NCBI GenBank assembly: GCA_964546295.1 | Contig: CAZJJJ010000005.1 | Coordinates: 1-33,036 of the forward strand | Length of the DNA: 33,036 nucleotides | From: an uncultured Methanosarcinales archaeon | GTDB taxonomy: Archaea > Nanobdellota > Nanobdellia > Woesearchaeales > CAZJJJ01 | Direction of reading: 5' to 3' | In this document: positions 32,088 to 33,036 of the stretch, one piece after another | How positions within the stretch are numbered: the stretch's first letter is position 1 | Layout: every line of letters starts with the position of its first letter | Position numbers and translations under genes: made by a program | The notes under the pieces: generated by a model | Databases searched by the model: none | What the model saw: the letters and a program-made list of their open reading frames with translations, nothing else | Told to the model about the DNA's origin: nothing

Positions 32088-32387
32088 TCAATGAGTTATC
32101 TCGAAACCTTGGAGTTTCTTAAAATGTTGTTTTAAGGTCTCATCCTCTATGGTCTCATGGTCTACTTCTTCTACTCTCGAAAGGCCTGGAGAAGACCTGC
32201 AGAACCTAATCATGAGATGCAGATCGTCTTCCGGACCATAAAGCATTATCTCCACATCACCATCGCCAGTATTCCTGACGGAGCCTTTCAAGGAATTCTT
32301 CCTTGCGAAATGTCGCGTCATGGCCCTGAATCCCACACCCTGAACATGTCCCTTGACAATGAGCCTATAGAGCCTATTTCCTTGCAT
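32088..32387 (-). CDS. acyP: acylphosphatase; start moved to ATG 32387
   Basis: YRLIVKGHVQGVGFRAMTRHFA (VxGxVQGVxFR) and GSVRNTGDGDVEIMLYG. ATG 32387 is 26.5 nt from the TATA centre. Confidence 0.85.
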   Translation of the reverse strand: MQGNRLYRLIVKGHVQGVGFRAMTRHFARKNSLKGSVRNTGDGDVEIMLYGPEDDLHLMIRFCRSSPGLSRVEEVDHETIEDETLKQHFKKLQGFEITH

Positions 32388-32408
32388 AGATGCACAGAAA
32401 ATGAGTAA

Positions 32409-32418
32409 ATTTTTAAAT
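32409..32418. promoter_or_regulatory. symmetric TATA box between divergent genes acyP(-) and 32451(+)
   Basis: atttttaaat is 26.5 nt from ATG 32387 and 37.5 nt from ATG 32451. The latter also has AGGTG 5 nt upstream. Confidence 0.45.
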
Positions 32419-32450
32419 GATTCGGGCATAAGAAAAGGATAGGTGTCAAC

Positions 32451-32873
32451 ATGGCCAAGAAGAAGACCAATACTCCAGCGAAGTCCACTCCTAAGAAGAC
32501 AAATAAAGGGGTTGCAAAAAATAAGACTTCAAAGAGGATTGCGCCGAATGAGAATGATAAGGTGATTGCCATGCTATCTCACTTACTAGGTCTTCTCTTG
32601 ACAGCAGGATGGCTTGGTCCGCTGGTAATCTTCCTCATAAAGAATGATGAGCCCGGGATCGCAAGAGAGAACGCTAGACACTCTTTGAATTTCCAGCTCA
32701 GTATGATGCTCTATTACTTGGCCAGTGCGGCCCTGACTGTGGTGTTCATAGGCATCCCAATTCTCATAATACTGGCTATCTTCGCATTAGTCGCACCCAT
32801 CATCGGTTCAATCAAGGCATACGAGGGAGAAGTCTTCGAGTACCCTCTTGAGATCAAGTTCATAAGCAAATGA
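32451..32873 (+). CDS. DUF4870-like membrane protein with a Lys-rich N-terminal extension
   Basis: MLSHLLGLLLTAGWLGPLVIFLIKNDEPGIARENARHSLNFQLSMM matches the DUF4870 pattern. N-terminus is MAKKKTNTPAKSTPKKTNKGVAKNKTSKR. Confidence 0.75.
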   Translation: MAKKKTNTPAKSTPKKTNKGVAKNKTSKRIAPNENDKVIAMLSHLLGLLLTAGWLGPLVIFLIKNDEPGIARENARHSLNFQLSMMLYYLASAALTVVFIGIPILIILAIFALVAPIIGSIKAYEGEVFEYPLEIKFISK

Positions 32874-32878
32874 GCTTA

Positions 32879-33034
32879 TTATTTCTGATTTGTTATCTTT
32901 TCAGCAATGCTATCAATGTCAATATCCCAGTCTGTCCTTATGTTGATGACATCATGACCATTCTCCTTGGCCTTTTCAAGAATCTCATCGAACGCCTCAG
33001 CTTCTAGATTCTCTTCGATCTTGAGCTCATTGTA
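32879..33034 (-). CDS. C-terminal 51 codons of an unidentified protein (gene continues beyond the window end)
   Basis: The only minus-strand frame open from the window edge. ...YNELKIEENLEAEAFDEILEKAKENGHDVINIRTDWDIDIDSIAEKITNQK, stop TAA (plus-strand tta, 32879-32881). Not in the ORF track because it is under 60 aa. Confidence 0.45.
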   Translation of the reverse strand, partial: YNELKIEENLEAEAFDEILEKAKENGHDVINIRTDWDIDIDSIAEKITNQK

Positions 33035-33036
33035 TC

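Noticed and set aside
1-33036. tRNA, rRNA, CRISPR arrays, integrases/transposases, reverse transcriptase/DGR components
   Set aside because: I scanned the intergenic regions and the ORF translations and found no T-arm or anticodon-arm-like GC-rich cloverleaf candidates, no regularly spaced direct repeats and no recombinase or RT motifs. The absence is by eye only and should be confirmed with tRNAscan-SE, Infernal and CRISPR finders.

Overview
Gene-dense (roughly 90% coding) archaeal chromosome fragment, about 40% G+C by eye. I found no rRNA, tRNA or CRISPR array. Archaeal identity rests on motif-level recognition of aCPSF1/FttA, proteasome beta subunit, PAC2 chaperone, RNase P Rpp21, XPD helicase and a geranylgeranyl-reductase-like flavoenzyme. 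Compactness, many ORFans and secreted or lytic proteins would fit a small-genome (DPANN-like) archaeon, but that is inference only. I support about 40 CDS, two of them truncated at the window edges.

Most genes have an AT-rich TATA box centred about 25-27 nt upstream of the start codon, which implies leaderless mRNAs. Only a few genes (psmB, a small wHTH gene, the DUF4870 gene) have a 5' UTR with a GGTG-type Shine-Dalgarno. On this basis I shortened about a dozen over-extended ORF-track starts.

Things worth a second look:
1. A 714-aa fusion of a complete glutamine-dependent asparagine synthetase with a Dph6-type diphthine-ammonia ligase domain.
2. A JAMM/MPN protein lacking most catalytic residues, in a small divergent module with an ORFan and a membrane protein.
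3. A 172-bp MITE-like element with imperfect terminal inverted repeats and a perfect 8-bp target-site duplication.
4. A 450-nt non-coding gap packed with an (A/T)TCCCGAC(A) motif, partly as palindromes.
5. A single-HKD PLD-fold protein split by a two-helix membrane hairpin, paired with a coiled-coil HTH protein.
6. A same-strand run of ORFans that includes a hyper-acidic secreted Cys-motif protein and a secreted M23 peptidase.
7. An Rpp21-coupled protein-kinase-like ORF flanked by HAD and metallophosphoesterase genes.
8. A sharply low-GC geranylgeranyl-reductase-like gene that looks horizontally acquired.
9. Divergent gene pairs that share one symmetric TATA box.

All family calls come from reading motifs in the supplied translations. 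No database search was possible.
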